Below, in pieces: positions 1 to 21,200 of a DNA stretch of 38,423 nt. The translations under genes and the position numbers were made by a program. The notes under the pieces were generated by a model. That model searched no databases, was not told the DNA's origin, and saw only the letters and a program-made list of their open reading frames with translations. Numbering within the stretch: the stretch's first letter is position 1; each line of letters begins with the position of its first letter. The DNA is from Ministeria vibrans ATCC 50519. Taxonomy: Eukaryota > Protista > Filasterea. Location of the stretch: contig CALSCP010001042.1 of the NCBI GenBank assembly GCA_943704425.1, positions 1 through 38,423 of the forward strand, in the 5' to 3' direction.

Positions 1-58
<58 letters not shown>
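1..58. repeat. (AT)n(GT)n compound microsatellite, intronic in the mitochondrial carrier gene
   Basis: Directly visible AT run followed by a GT run, upstream of the AG acceptor at 106-107. Confidence 0.95.
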
Positions 59-61
<3 letters not shown>

Positions 62-107
62 GGAGGGGTGTGCCAACGGTAATCACGCGGTGTCGCATCT
101 CGTGTAG

Positions 108-803
108 ATATTGTATCAGTATCCGACACCAGTGCCCGAACTGACCCCACAGCGCAGTCTGTGTGCTGGCGCATGTGCCGGTATGACAAGCGTCGCCACA
201 ACGTACCCGCTAGACCTGGTGCGCACGCGCCTCGCCGCTCAAGTTGGTTCGGTCAAGCGCTACACGTCCATCTGGGATGCGCTCACCAAGATCTATCGTC
301 TCGAAGGCGGCGTGCGCGGTCTTTACTGCGGTCTCAACGCCACCATGGCTGGCGTCGCCCCTTACGTTGGCCTCAACTTTGCCGTCTATGACTCCTTCAA
401 GCGTTTTCTCACCAGTCGCTACTCTCCCGACGGTGTCTTGCTTCCCGTCGTGCCCAAACTTCTCTGCGGTGCTGTCTCAGGCGCCGTCTCTCAAACAGGT
501 ACATTGTTTACTGATTTACAACTCATCTACATTCTGCAATCTTGAAAAAAAAATTGGTTGTTTGTTTTTCGCTTTACAGTGACATACCCATTGGACGTGA
601 TTCGACGTCGCATGCAAATGAAGGGTATCAATACGAAATTTGCGTACTCATCGACGATGAGTGCCGCGCGTACTATCATTGCCCAGGAGGGCTTCCGTGG
701 CCTCTACCAGGGCATGCTACCCAACTACCTCAAGGTTGTGCCCAGCATCTCCATTTCCTTTGTCGTCTACGAGTTTGCAAAGGATATCCTTGGCGCAGAC
801 TAA
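108..803 (+). CDS. Mitochondrial carrier (SLC25 family; CoA/adenine-nucleotide carrier-like, SLC25A42/YPR011C-type), last two exons (108-498, 580-803); 5' end lies outside the window
   Basis: Carrier signature Px(D/E)xx(K/R)x(K/R) twice (YPLDLVRTRL, YPLDVIRRRMQ), plus GVRGLYCG/GFRGLYQG and NYLKVVPSISISFVVYE. GT-AG intron 499-579 joins the two ORFs in frame (SQTV-TYPLD). Confidence 0.9.
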
Positions 804-1134
804 GACTTACAATGTATCCAATGTAAAAAAAAAAACATTCTCACTCTAGGTAGTCTCTCCAGAGTCCGACATATTAATAATAATAGAAGAAGAAGACATT
901 GTTAATGGATCATTCTTATCATTATTAAGTGATAAAATTCTCCTCTTCATTGTCTATAAGTTGATATGAAACGCCGACTGTCTTTTGAGAGTTGAGCACA
1001 GCTTTTCCCAAAAAGCTGTTTTTGGAGAAGGGGTTTTTCTTTTGTATGAGCGTTTGGCAAAATGATTAAAACTGTTAGTGTGTTCAAAACATCATTTTTT
1101 TATTTATTATCCCTCCTTTTATCAATTTGCAGCG

Positions 1135-3707
1135 ATGCCTCGTCGAGTGTCTCGTACAAAGCAATACCTTGAGTTTCACAACATCACAGGACTCTTTGAG
1201 GTGAGTGTGTTCGCTCAACACTTTGTCGCGTTTTTTCTACTTGCCTCTGTGTTCTCCTTGGTCGCATGACATCTCGGTATGGCCAGATATCTCTAAGAGT
1301 CCTTAGGGATGTGTCTAATGTTGATCCGCCAACTGCATGCGGCTGTGTGTTCGTTTTACAAGCGTTGCCAAGGACATTTGTTTGTCTCGTTGACAACGCA
1401 ACAAGACACACTGTTAAGAACCTTTCAGGGGGTCACTGACACATACAACCTGCGCAACTTGTGTAGGATCTGATGACCAATGTGATACGCGAGAAGCCAC
1501 GCACGCCCATTGTGTATCTGATCAAGCAGCTGCATGACATGTACCGCGAAGAAATTCGCAAAGGCTCTTTCGCTCCCGATCCCGAATTGGAGACGCTCCT
1601 CACGCGCGCAGCGCCTCTCAGCCGTAGCAACGGTGGCAGTGTGCGCACCAGCTCAACTTTCCGGGGCCGCATCAACAGCGGCAATCACACAGCAGCACAT
1701 GAAAATTCCGACACGTTCCTTCCGCCACTTTCGGCACTGAGTAGCACCACCCAGGGCGACCGCTTAATGCGCCAACAAAAGAACTTCACCAAGACGTCGA
1801 CAAACACGCGCTCGTCATCAACGTCGTTGTCTGCGCTGACACCTGCCGCTTCCATACAGTCCAGGCCTTGGCTCGAGGAGGAGGAGGACGACGACGACGG
1901 CGAACCTCGCCGCACTGTCCACCCTTCTTCGTCAACCATGTCTACCTCACGCACCGCTGCGCCTAATTCCTCGGCCAAACTGGTCATTCAGGAGGAAGAA
2001 GAGGTGCGCACAACACGACTGCGCGATGGCACAAGTAGCACGGTGACGACGGTGCGACGCACATTGCCCCGCACGCCCGCTCCGACACACGAGAACGACT
2101 TTGTCGAAGAGGAAGAAGTGGTGACCACTCGACGTTGCCGTAGTCCCGTAAAAGAGGTGGATGTGAAAGAAGGCAAGAAAAAGGAGGGGGAAGAGGAGCG
2201 GGTGCACGTGGAGCCGCGCCGAGGCCGATCGCCCTCGCGCTCGCGCTCACGTTCGCGTTACCACTCTTCGTCGTACTCACCGGAGCCCAAGCAACACCGA
2301 GGTCATCGTCGATCTCTCTCGCCCACACGCCGATATATGAGCCGCAGCCCGAGTCCCCAGCGACGAAACTCCAGTCCCAAGCGACAAAGTCCGAGTCCCA
2401 AGCGACACAAGAGTCGCTCTCCCTCACCCAAGCGACACAAGAGTCGCTCTCCCTCACCCAAGCATCGCAAGAGTCGCAGCCCTAGCACGAGCCCGAAGCG
2501 TCACTCTCGACGTTCGTCTCACCATCACTCGCGCACGCGCTCTCGCTCGCCGTCTCCGTCCCGCTCACTCTCACCTGAGCGCCACCGTCGATCGCGATCT
2601 CACTCGCGGTCTCGTCGACGCTCGCCCTCGCTTGAGAAGAATGAGAAGGAAAAGGAGACTGATTCAAAGGAGGATGGAGGAGAGGAAGACGAAAAAGAAG
2701 AAGTGGTGGAGACGGTGACGAAGCGCACGCGTACTCGCCGCATTGTGAAGGCAACGCCATCCAAGAGCGACGTCGACGCAGAGTGGGAGGAGGAGGAAGA
2801 AGAGGAGGAGGAAGTGGAGGAGGAAGCGCACTATGCGGATACGCTGGAGGGCCGTCGAGTGCGGGCACTGCGCGAAAAGGAGCGGAAGGGGAAGGAGGCG
2901 GAAGCAGCCCGAACGCGTAAGGAACAACAGGAGAAGGAGGATGTGTGGTCAGAGGACGAGAGTGGACTGAGTGGTAGCTCAGAGGAGGAGGAAGAAGAGG
3001 AAGGGACCCGTGTGTATGAGTACCACACGAAGAGGGTGGTCACGCCACCGGCGCACAAGAGCCGACGACATCGTCGTCTGAGAAAACAGACACTGCGAGA
3101 AAACACCAATGCCGCGAGTAGTACGGAAACCAACGACGTTAAAGAAGAAGGGAAGGATGGGCTGGTGAAGACGTGGAAGAGCACAGTGTTGGCTCGCGAT
3201 GGGAGTGTGCGCCACGAAGAAACATGGCGAGAGCGGTCGCGGTCACCGGGACGTCGACGCAGTGTCCGGGAGGCAACGGAGTTGACGGGAGAGAGAAGAG
3301 CTTACAGGACAAAGAGCAGCGAGAAGAAGCAGAAGCATGCGCAGAAGACGGGGAAGACGATTGAGAAGGAGAAGGAGGAGACAGTGCGGTTTGAAGTGAC
3401 ATTCCCGGACGCACGGGCAGCCGCCGCTTCAGAGGATGTCGACGAGTGGTGGACACGACCCGAGTCCCGAGCGTCATCAAGTGCCCGCAAGGATTACAAC
3501 GGAGCGCGCTCCACCAGCAGCAACGCAACCGAGACCACCACCAATGGAGCGCATCGTCTCCGTCGCGTCGCCCCCACGGCCGTGCCTCCCGACGACCACC
3601 TCACGCGCTCCTCCCTCTCCTTCGCCCACTGGCATCCCCGCCCCCCACCTTACGCTCACCCAGATGACACTCAGCCCCGTCGCAGATCACACTCCCATCG
3701 CCAATGA
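1135..3707 (+). CDS. Protein with N-terminal RIIa/Dpy-30-like dimerization-docking (D/D) domain followed by long disordered S/T-, RS/SP- and E/K-rich regions; exons 1135-1200, 1467-3707
   Basis: ATG 1135, donor GTGAGT at 1201, acceptor TAG ending 1466. Spliced N-terminus reads KQYLEFHNITGLFE-DLMTNVIREKPRTPIVYLIKQL, the D/D helical-hairpin pattern. Continues into the 744-aa ORF with RSPSPKRHKS repeats. Confidence 0.7.
2397..2482 (+). repeat. 30-bp coding tandem repeat (PKRHKSRSPS), two exact copies plus a diverged third
   Basis: cccaagcgacacaagagtcgctctccctca repeated back to back. Confidence 0.85.
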
Positions 3708-3918
3708 TCGTTCTTGTGCGTATCAGGCAAGCGTGATTGATTTCTCTTTGTCTTTTTTTTTTTAAACGAATCTATAATAACGGTACCAAGATCGAAGTAA
3801 AACGCTCAAACAAAAATTACAATAGTCGAAGTGTAAGAGAAAGAGAGAGATATCAGATGTGTGAAGTACAAAGTGGTAAATGTGTGTGTAATTTGAATGG
3901 ATTGGGAGGGGGCTATTT

Positions 3919-4822
3919 TCACAATGTGTCTGGTCCAAGTTCCCCAAAACGAAACTCACCCTCCAAAATCTTGTCAAAGGGCGTTTCTTCCAGCGAACGC
4001 GCCTCTTGTCTGTGCAGAGAGGAAGACGTATCAGAATACACAAGGAGAAAGGAGGGAGCAAGTGAGAGTGTGAGATGTGTACCTGATGTAGCGGCAAAGA
4101 AGGGCGACTTGGTGGGGCGATGCTTGAGACGCAAGCACGTTGCGCCACACTGCGCCCGCCAGCACTGCGTCGCCCGTGAAGATTCCTTCGTCGAGCGACA
4201 TGACTACGCCGCAGAAGCTCTCGTAGAGACTGCGCATGGTTGATCGCTGCGACAGACTGTCGACCATCTTGCCCACCCGCAGTCGGTCCTCGACGTCCTC
4301 CCAGAACATGCTGGACAGCGTCTTCTTGAAGGTTTTGGCCTCCTCTTCGGGTTGCAGGTGCAGACGCTGCAGATACAGGTATACGTGGAGCTGGTAGATG
4401 CGGTATGAGGCGATGAAGGTGTCGGGCAACTCCAGTCCTACAATATCATGAAATTGGTGAGTCGCGTGCGTCAAATGATGTGCCATTGCAATTGTGCATT
4501 GGCCGTCGTTACGTGTGTAGAACTCTTCTCGGTTCGAGTGCGCGTGGCACACTTCAAGGGCCTTTCGTGACGCCAGCACGGCCCTCGCCACGAGCTCCTG
4601 CTCGTCGGCACTGTCAGCCAGCATTCGCGCAAACCATCCGCTTGGCTTTGCGTCGTCTCGCGCCGCCCGCATCGAGCTCAGCGCTCGCACAGGCCTGTTC
4701 AACACCGCAAGGTTCGCCGCACGAGTCGACATGGACCCTCTTGCCAATGTGGAAAGTGGTCGTCGGGCGCATCGGGCCTGGATAAGCGGCCGGACAGTCG
4801 AAAGGGAGAGAGCACGCAACAT
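3919..4822 (-). CDS. UQCC1: Ubiquinol-cytochrome c reductase assembly chaperone CBP3/UQCC1; exons 4822-4513, 4437-4083, 4009-3919
   Basis: Arg/Ser/Leu-rich mitochondrial presequence. Motifs EFYTRLELPDTF, LHVYLYLQRL, MFWEDVEDRL, SLDEGIFTGDAVLAGAVWRNV, YIRQEARSL. Introns 4512-4438 and 4082-4010 are GT-AG and restore the family pattern. Confidence 0.85.
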
Positions 4823-5125
4823 GACAAAAAAATTGAAATTATTGAATAATAATAATAATAATTATTATTTTAATTATTCATGAGTGTACGTGCTGTTCAG
4901 GCTTCTGAAATCTGAAGACAGGCTGAATGTTTTCAGCTCTAAGTTCTGATTGTTTTCACTTTTCTACTTGAAACCACATGTATTTGTCTCGTTTCGGCAT
5001 TGATTATAAAGAGAACTCATTCACCTCTAAAAACAAACATATGAGTCAGTTCTCAGATCTTGATCTCTTGTCTTCACTCTTCACTCTTTTTTTCATCCTT
5101 GTTGCTTGCTTCACTTTTTTTCATT

Positions 5126-6084
5126 ATGGACATCGAATTGGTCAAGTCTTTGGTGGTCGACCATCCTGATTTTCCGAAGAAGGGAATTTTGTTTCGGTGC
5201 GAATTTTAGTCGTTTCGGGTCGGATCCAACTTAGCGCGGTGGCGGCACCCCATGCATCCATCTGCGTGTCTCTTTAACGTCCCAGTGTGGGAGCTGAGCT
5301 GTGTCTTCACAAATACAACATGATGAGATTCTCACACATGTCATTGGTTTCTCCAGCGATATGTTCCCCGTCCTGCGCGACCCCGTCGCCTTTGAGATGC
5401 TCATCGCCCATCTGCAGCACCGCATCGCTGTCAACTACGGCCGCATTGACGGCGTGGCTGCGCTCGACGCCCGTGGCTTTCTCATTGGGCCCATTCTCGC
5501 GGCGCGACTCGGCGCGGCCTTTGTGCCCATCCGCAAAGGAGGCAAGTTGCCGGGCGCCACACACCAGGTCAAGTACGAGAAGGAATACGGCACGGTATGC
5601 GATGGTCTATGACTGTCCCTGTCGCGCCGCTGAGCCTCTCGCGATTACTGTAGGATGTGTTTGAGATGCAGAGTGACTCTGTTGAGGCGGGCAAGCGCTA
5701 TGTGATTGTCGATGATCTGCTCGCCACCGGCGGCTCTCTGCATGCTGGATGCAAGCTCATCACCGACCTCAAGGGCATCGTAGTCGAATGCCTCGTGGTC
5801 ATTGAGCTGACTGCTCTCGAGGTAATCATCAAGATAATTTCTCCCTTCTCTCTCTACCAATCGCTCCTTCTCCATGCTCCCTCTCTCTCTATCAATCGTT
5901 CCTTCTCCATCCTTCCCCCCCCCCCCCCCCCCCCCCCTCTCTCTCTATCAATCGCTTCTTCTTCATCCTCCCACCTTCTCTTTCTCTTATTTTCTTTCTC
6001 CCTTCTTTCTGTCTCTCTCTGCGTGTTTAGGGAAAGAGCAAAGTACCGACTTCTGTATACTCCATGATCAAATACGACGACTAA
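5126..6084 (+). CDS. APRT: Adenine phosphoribosyltransferase; exons 5126-5196, 5357-5594, 5654-5821, 6031-6084
   Basis: Spliced sequence has PDFPKKGILFRD, LDARGFLIG, IRKGGKLPG, YEKEYG and the PRPP-binding motif VIVDDLLATGGS. All introns are GT-AG and frame-consistent. Confidence 0.93.
5849..5972. repeat. Three imperfect copies of a pyrimidine-rich unit (ctctctatcaatcg..cttct.catcct) around a poly-C run in APRT intron 3
   Basis: Directly visible. Confidence 0.7.
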
Positions 6085-6165
6085 AACAAACAACCTCCAC
6101 ACTTTATATCATATGAAAAATAAAATTAATACAAAATCAAATCGGTGTTTCGGTGCTGGAGTGTT

Positions 6166-6871
6166 TCACTTGTCCTTATGCGCCACTTGGAGAAATTCCT
6201 CTGTCGTCACAACCTTCTCGCGTGGCTTCCCCAGTCCCTTGCCGCGACTCCTCTGCAAAGACGCAAACGGTATTATATTTTTAAGTGTGAGTATGTGCAA
6301 TCTAACCTCATGTGCGTCGATGCGTCGCCATCCCTGTGAGTCGACAATCAACTGTCCTTCGCCCACAGGCACTGTTGCATCGCTCTCATCCACTTCGCTA
6401 ATCTCACCCGCTACACACACAAAAAACCGAGTAAATCGCAACCCGGTTGGCATTTCTACTAACCTTCGAAATCAGAGATAATTGCTTCGGCGGTAGTAAA
6501 CGCACTCTATTCGGACGCATCGAGGGAGACATAGAAAGGATGATAGCAACAATAGTGAGACCGACAAAGAGAAAGAGAAAGAATCGTACGTCCATCGTGT
6601 TGAGAATGACGCCCGTTGGTCCACTGCCAACCCATCCGGCCGTGTACAGTCCACGGTGCCTCACGCCATCCGCCCCAAAAGAACTCTACCGCGCACACAC
6701 ACACACACACACACATGGAGAATAATTAACATACATAATAATTAATATTGGCTGAGAGGCCTTGCTGATGTGAAATGTAGATATACCATAACCCGCTGAT
6801 GTTGGGTGGGGATAAGCCCACGCGCACTGTCAAACGGAACACCATCCATTGCCACACTCCGATACCCAATA

Positions 6872-6903
<32 letters not shown>

Positions 6904-8241
6904 TCGGTGACTTAAAGCTCAGTCGTCAAGCAGTCACTACCTTCTAAGGAGCAGACCACACTCGAGTGACTCGGGAGTAGCAGACTCATCGCAATACACA
7001 CTTCTGCTCGCAATCTCTTCGTCTTCCTTCCACTGGTTCACGCCCAATCGCACTCCCGATATCACTCCCGACTCGCTCTTCTCAATCTCAGTGGGTGACC
7101 GCATAAACAACATCTCCCATTCCTTTGTGTCGGTCGCCAATCGCGCGCGTTCGCTTTGCGTACGCATCAGATCCATCAAACGCGCACGGCGTCGCACCGA
7201 CTTCGCAAACGCGCTCTCGGCCGTTCCAAATGCCATGTCCGAGGCACGGATCAGCCCAAACACATTGGGTAACTGCGAAATTTAGCGGGGGGTATCAGTG
7301 AGTGTCGCACACAAACACAAACAACAAACAATACAATACATCACTTTCACTCTCTCCTGTTGCACTGCACACACTCACTTTGGTCATTTCACGCAGCTCT
7401 TTGATAGTAAATGCAACCTCCAAGGGCCCACGGCGCGCAACCATGACCACACGACGAATGCGGGACTCGCTCAGCCGCTCCAATGCGTGTGTGGGCATGT
7501 CTGTGGTGCGTAGTACGTCAACATGAGTTAGGAGCATGCGCGCACAGTCCACAGCAACGTTGCCCATGCCCACAATGCACGCCGTGTCCGTGTTGGTCAG
7601 ATCAAATGACAGCTCCCGCTGCTCCGGTTGTCCGTTGTAGAACCCAACAAAGTCGCGTGCACCAATCACATTCGCCGCATCCTACCAAGAGAGATGTTCC
7701 CATCCATCATCAACAACGCAAAAGCGCCTTGCCTCTCAGCTTCTCTTGTGTGCGCGTACCTCGCCGGGAACATTGAGCTTGCGATCGGCCGATGCGCCAT
7801 ATGCCAACACTATCATCATCCATGATCATCATCAGCATCACGATCTCAGCGCCATCATCGATTCTCTTGGCGACCCCCCTCCCCCCTTACCGACGGCCGA
7901 GAAACGCTCCACAAAGGGCCGCACAGAGGCGACGTTGACGTTGCCGGCGTACGTGACACGGTCGTTGCGCAGCACCCCATCAAAGGTGCTTTCCACATTC
8001 TTCACCTCAGGATGATCAGGCGCAACCCCATAGCGCACTAGACCAAAGGGCACAGGTCGCGACTCTACAATGGTGACGCGTACACTCGGGTTGCGCTTCA
8101 GCTACAAAGAGGACACAGAGGACGAGAATGACACATTTCCAAATGGTCGATCACTGGGCGACGAACCAGTTGATGAGCTGTATAAAATCCCGCGGGACCT
8201 CCTCCAATAATACACACATTCAAAGCACGTCGAGATGCCAT
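6166..8241 (-). CDS. FDXR: NADPH:adrenodoxin oxidoreductase (ferredoxin reductase, ARH1-like), 10 exons: 8241-8167, 8101-7891, 7809-7760, 7681-7379, 7272-6941, 6871-6787, 6685-6590, 6506-6464, 6410-6307, 6252-6166 (~461 aa)
   Basis: VCIIGGGPAGFYTA, PFGLVRYGVAPDHPEVKN, VLAYGA, IVGMGNVAVDCARML, RRGPLEVAFTIKELRE, SIGY, GWVGSGPTGVI, GKPREK. Exon lengths sum to 1386 nt with canonical splice sites. Confidence 0.93.
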
Positions 8242-8407
8242 AGTGTGCGCGCGGTAGTTAGTAAATGTGATTGATCATTCAAGTGATCAGCTGGGAAATC
8301 CAATTGTGTTAAATTACAGCGAAACATAATTCATATGAAATAACTCATCTTGATTTATTTACATAAGCCCCTTTTCACTATATCGGTGTGTGGCGTGGCA
8401 GCAAACC

Positions 8408-17092
<8,685 letters not shown>

Positions 17093-17245
17093 CAATTCAT
17101 TTTTCTTTACCATTATACAGGAATTCTCATGGAATCAGAAAATAAATAGAGAGATATCATGCATGAATAGAATATAATTTTTAATTACGGACGGACGAGG
17201 AAAACTTTTGTATGATGGATTGATTGATCACATTAATTTTTAGTT

Positions 17246-17802
17246 ATGTCAGTGAAAGTGTTCTCATCCAAGTTTGTTCGCCCGCTAGGCTTCTTTAGTC
17301 GACTCAAGCTAGCGCACGCTTCGACAATTGGAGTGAGTTGCCACACACACAGACACAAACACAATTCTGAACCAATGGTTAGACTCTGGGAGCACTCTGT
17401 GTGTGGAATGGATACGACACATCCTCTGCCGACGCGCTGATGTTCTTGGCAGGCACAGTACTGTCGACGGGTGCGATGTGGGGCTCGTCGCTCTTCACGC
17501 GCACTCTGGTAGGCCAAATTGCAGTGTGTCCTGACGATCACACTGTCACTCTGTCGCATCTGACTTTTTGGGGCAAGCGGAACAACGTGGTGGTGCCCAT
17601 CGAGGCCATCATGGTTGGCCATGGGAGTGCCAATGGGCAGGGCGGAGCGGGAGTCCCTATGGCTATTCCCGTCTCAGTCGACTTTGGAAGCACCTGGCCC
17701 TTTCGACTCGTTGTGCACCACAGTCAAGTTCATGACCCGACTCTCTTTCAAAAGCTGGTTTCCGGCGAGCTTGCCAACGAGCGCATCACGAAGCACCAAT
17801 GA
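17246..17802 (+). CDS. TMEM186: TMEM186-like mitochondrial inner-membrane protein (TMEM70/186/223 family); exons 17246-17332, 17383-17802
   Basis: Two hydrophobic segments followed by LVGQIAV...TVTLSHLTFWGKR, matching the HLxFWGxR motif I recall for TMEM186. A 50-nt GTGAGT...TTAG intron joins the two ORFs in frame. Confidence 0.75.
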
Positions 17803-17962
17803 TACACCATACTTACTGTAACATATGTATAATAAGAAAATAAAATTTAATCGAGAATCATGTCAACACAAGTCTATTCCAGAAGAAAGAGCAGCACAAT
17901 ACTTCCGCCGTAGACTTCTAGACGAGAATATATCGAAAGAAACCCGTGTAAAAAAGTATAGT

Positions 17963-18104
17963 TATAATAATAATAAGAAGAAGAATACACCCCATTTATT
18001 AATGATACAGTCACCACGCAAAGACACAGTATAATATAATAATAATAATAAGAAGAAGAATACAACCCATTTATTAATGATACAGTCACCACGCGAAGAC
18101 ACAG
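17963..18104. repeat. ~70-bp direct tandem duplication in the convergent 3' spacer
   Basis: tataataataataagaagaagaatacaMcccatttattaatgatacagtcaccacgcRaagacacag occurs at 17963-18029 and 18035-18104, differing by two substitutions and one extra AAT. Confidence 0.9.
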
Positions 18105-18296
18105 CCAGACCGCCTTGCAAACTCAACCGAAACTCTAGAGGTAACATGGGAGACCAGTGGCAGGCCATAGTTATAATAATAAAAATATAATTAATTTCTT
18201 TGTTTTGCATATTGTTTTGACATTCTCGATTCTCTATATATTTTCTTAATTATTGTATTATTTTATTGTACACGCATGGTTGGAACATGGTTGTAT

Positions 18297-21200
18297 TTAC
18301 AAGAGCACTTCATCTTCATCAGAGGCGGATGCACCGCTCCCAACACCGGATTCTTCATGGTCCAAGGTTGGCATACGCAACCGACGTGTGAGAAGCGCAG
18401 CCGCAGGCGAAATGTCTGCGTCTCCCTCTTCCTCCTCTTCCTCCTCTTCCAAATCATCATCATCATCATTGTCATCGTTGTCACCATTGTCATCGTACTC
18501 ATCATCTACCTCCACCACTTCGTCGTAGTTATCATCATCATCGTCGTCATCGCCCTCCTCCTCCTCAACGCTATTCGCCATCGCCGACTCGACCAACATT
18601 GCACTCTCCAGAACAACATTGCACACTGGTGCATGTACGAGCGTCTGTCGCGCCAAAGGCGTTGCATTGCGAGGTGTCGTCGCAGCAGAAGGATTGCGAA
18701 ACGCGTTGAGACCCAAAAAGTCTTTCATGGTCACCAGGGCGTGCGTCACACTCCCAGATCGCATGCCCAATGGCAGCGCGCACGTCTGCTGCACCGTCGT
18801 CTCCATATCGCCGCCCGTGTCCCCGTTGTCGTGTGCACACGCACGCCATTTCGAAGCCAATTCAAGCGCACACGTGCGCACAAAGGCATCACAGTCGCGT
18901 GTAAGCTCGCGCACACGCTGGCACACGTGCTGTGGAGGTCGCGCCGATGCTGCACAGAGAGCAGCAACCACACGAAGACCCGCCACACGACACTCACACG
19001 CTGCATGTCGCAACAGGCTCGCATAGGCAGTGTCCATGAGGCACGCACGAAGCGGCTCCAGCGACGGACACAGCGCGGTGGGCAGATCAACAACGAGGCG
19101 AGCCCAGTGCTGCAACAGCCAACAACAGCCGCTGCGCAGTGCCCACGATGGGGCTGCAAGCGTGTTTTCAACCCACGTTTGCGTCTGCTTCAACGCAAAC
19201 CGAACGCGCACCTCAGCAAGACTCATGCTACGCTGTTCGTCCTCGTTGTCCGTCAGCAGCGCCACCAACATTGGATCCGGCGAGGCGGTGCGCGCATGGT
19301 ACACCGTCTCACGTACCAAGTCTAACTCTTCAAGAAGACAACCAAGCGTCGGCACAGCGTCGTCGCGCGGGACACGACGTTGCAAGACGGCCGAGAGTAG
19401 TACAAGACGACAACGTACCTCGCATGAGCGGACTGTATCGCAAGAGGCGGCTTCCGCGAGCGCATCGCAGCAGCTGATGGCACACTGGTGTGCAGTAAAT
19501 CGCACAGCAGCGTCTGGATGACTACTCACCAGACTTGCACAGGCGTCCACAAGCGCGTCGCCAAGATGCTCATGAAGACAGAGCGGTGCGGCCGAACCAT
19601 GAATAAGATGAAGGTAGTCCCGTAGGAACGACAGACGATGTTGGAACAGAACAGCGTATCGTTTGGCGCCGGGTCGGTCGCAGCGAGCCGCTTCCATCTG
19701 TGCAACGAGATCGCGTGTGTTGTCGAGGAGACAGGTGTGGAAGACTGCCGTTGCAATGGAGGGTGCAACGTGTGCGGGAGCAGAGGCAAGCGTGCGTACG
19801 CAGCGACGCCAGCACACAACCAACGCAGTGCGCGGTACGTACAAAAGTGTGTCGCTGAGTCCGTCCACCAGACACGCCACAGTGCCAGACGACTCGTGTC
19901 GCACTAGGACCGCCGTCAGGCACGCAATCACATCACTGGCCAGGCGCATTCGTTCTCCTTCGCGCAACATGGTCAGCCACTCACAGAGTTGCCTAAGCAG
20001 CGCGAGCAGCGCTGGTTGAAAAGCTGCATGCTGTACCATGTCAATCTTTTGAAAGAGCTGTACAAGAACCATCGGCTCATCACGAGTGCCACCTTGCTGC
20101 TGCTGTTGCTGTTGCTGCTGCTGTTGGTGCTGTTGGTGGTGAGCATCGGCACCAATTTCCGTTTCGTGATCACCAAGGGAGTCGTCGTCAAGGTCCGCGC
20201 TATTGTGAGTGTCGTCGCGAAAGGGGGCCGAGTTGAAGTGTGCGAGAGGGGAGAATCGGCGTAGAGGCGTGTGGCGTGCAATTGATGTTGGAGATGTCGC
20301 TGTGGCTTCACAAGCGGTGCCTGTGAAGAGCGCCAGTAGCAGGGAAAGTTGGTTGATCGACGGGGGGTGCTCGGCAAGACGCTCGGAGCACACTTGGAGG
20401 GTGCGCAAGGCAAAGTCTAACGCAATGGATTCGCCCACAAACGCAGCGCCCTGTGAAAGTGCACGCCAGAACAATCCAAAGTACTCCCCAATGAATAGAA
20501 TTCCGTTGGCACGCATGAATTGAATCAGACACGCCTCAAAGAGAGGCAAAAGCGGCGCAACGGATTGTCGTAACGAGTCTACCGCGTCTGTGTCGGCCGC
20601 CTCATCGGTGTCGCTGGTCTCTGAACCGCTGTCGTCCTTGTCCCGTGGCTCATCAGCAGGGGAATTCTCTTGGGCGCATCGCTGGATGACGGAGGAGAGC
20701 ATTCGCGCGGCCGAGAGCAAGAGCGAGAGCACCGACGCGCCCGTGGGCTTGGTTGTGTCCACTTCAACTTCACCGTCGTCAACGAACGGAATCTCCACGA
20801 GCGTCGTACGAGTGTGAGACGAACGTCTCGACGACGACCGAGTGTCTCCAGGAGTGTTACTCTCAATACGAGCCTGGTCGACAGCGACCGTGATGCATCG
20901 AACGAGCGAGCGCAGGGCCGAGAGACCCCAATCGAGGACAGGCGCGAAGTTGAGGCTGGGCGGTTGGTAGATCAGCGATTCGCTTGTGTCGAGCCAAAGC
21001 GAGCCACTGTGTATCGGAGCAAGACGCGGATCGGGTACGATAGGGCCTGGAGGAACACGCGCCGCCGCAGCAGTGGCCGTGTAGACGTGCGAGAGGACGG
21101 CCAGCAGTACGTCGACGGGTGCGCCAAAGGAGCCCAAGAGCGTCGTGAGCATGCGGTAAATGTGTGCATAGGCAAGTGAATGTGCCGAGAGCTCCTGCGG

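Noticed and set aside
998-1032. Short inverted repeat ACAGCTTTT-CCCA-AAAAGCTGT followed by Ts, terminator-like
   Set aside because: Eukaryotic context and a 9-bp AT-rich stem, compatible with chance.
18276-19325. 349-aa plus-strand ORF and similar antisense or alternate-frame ORFs (23557-24399, 25112-26173, 25405-26262, 34952-35650)
   Set aside because: Shadow ORFs of GC-rich or low-complexity coding sequence, with no recognisable motifs.
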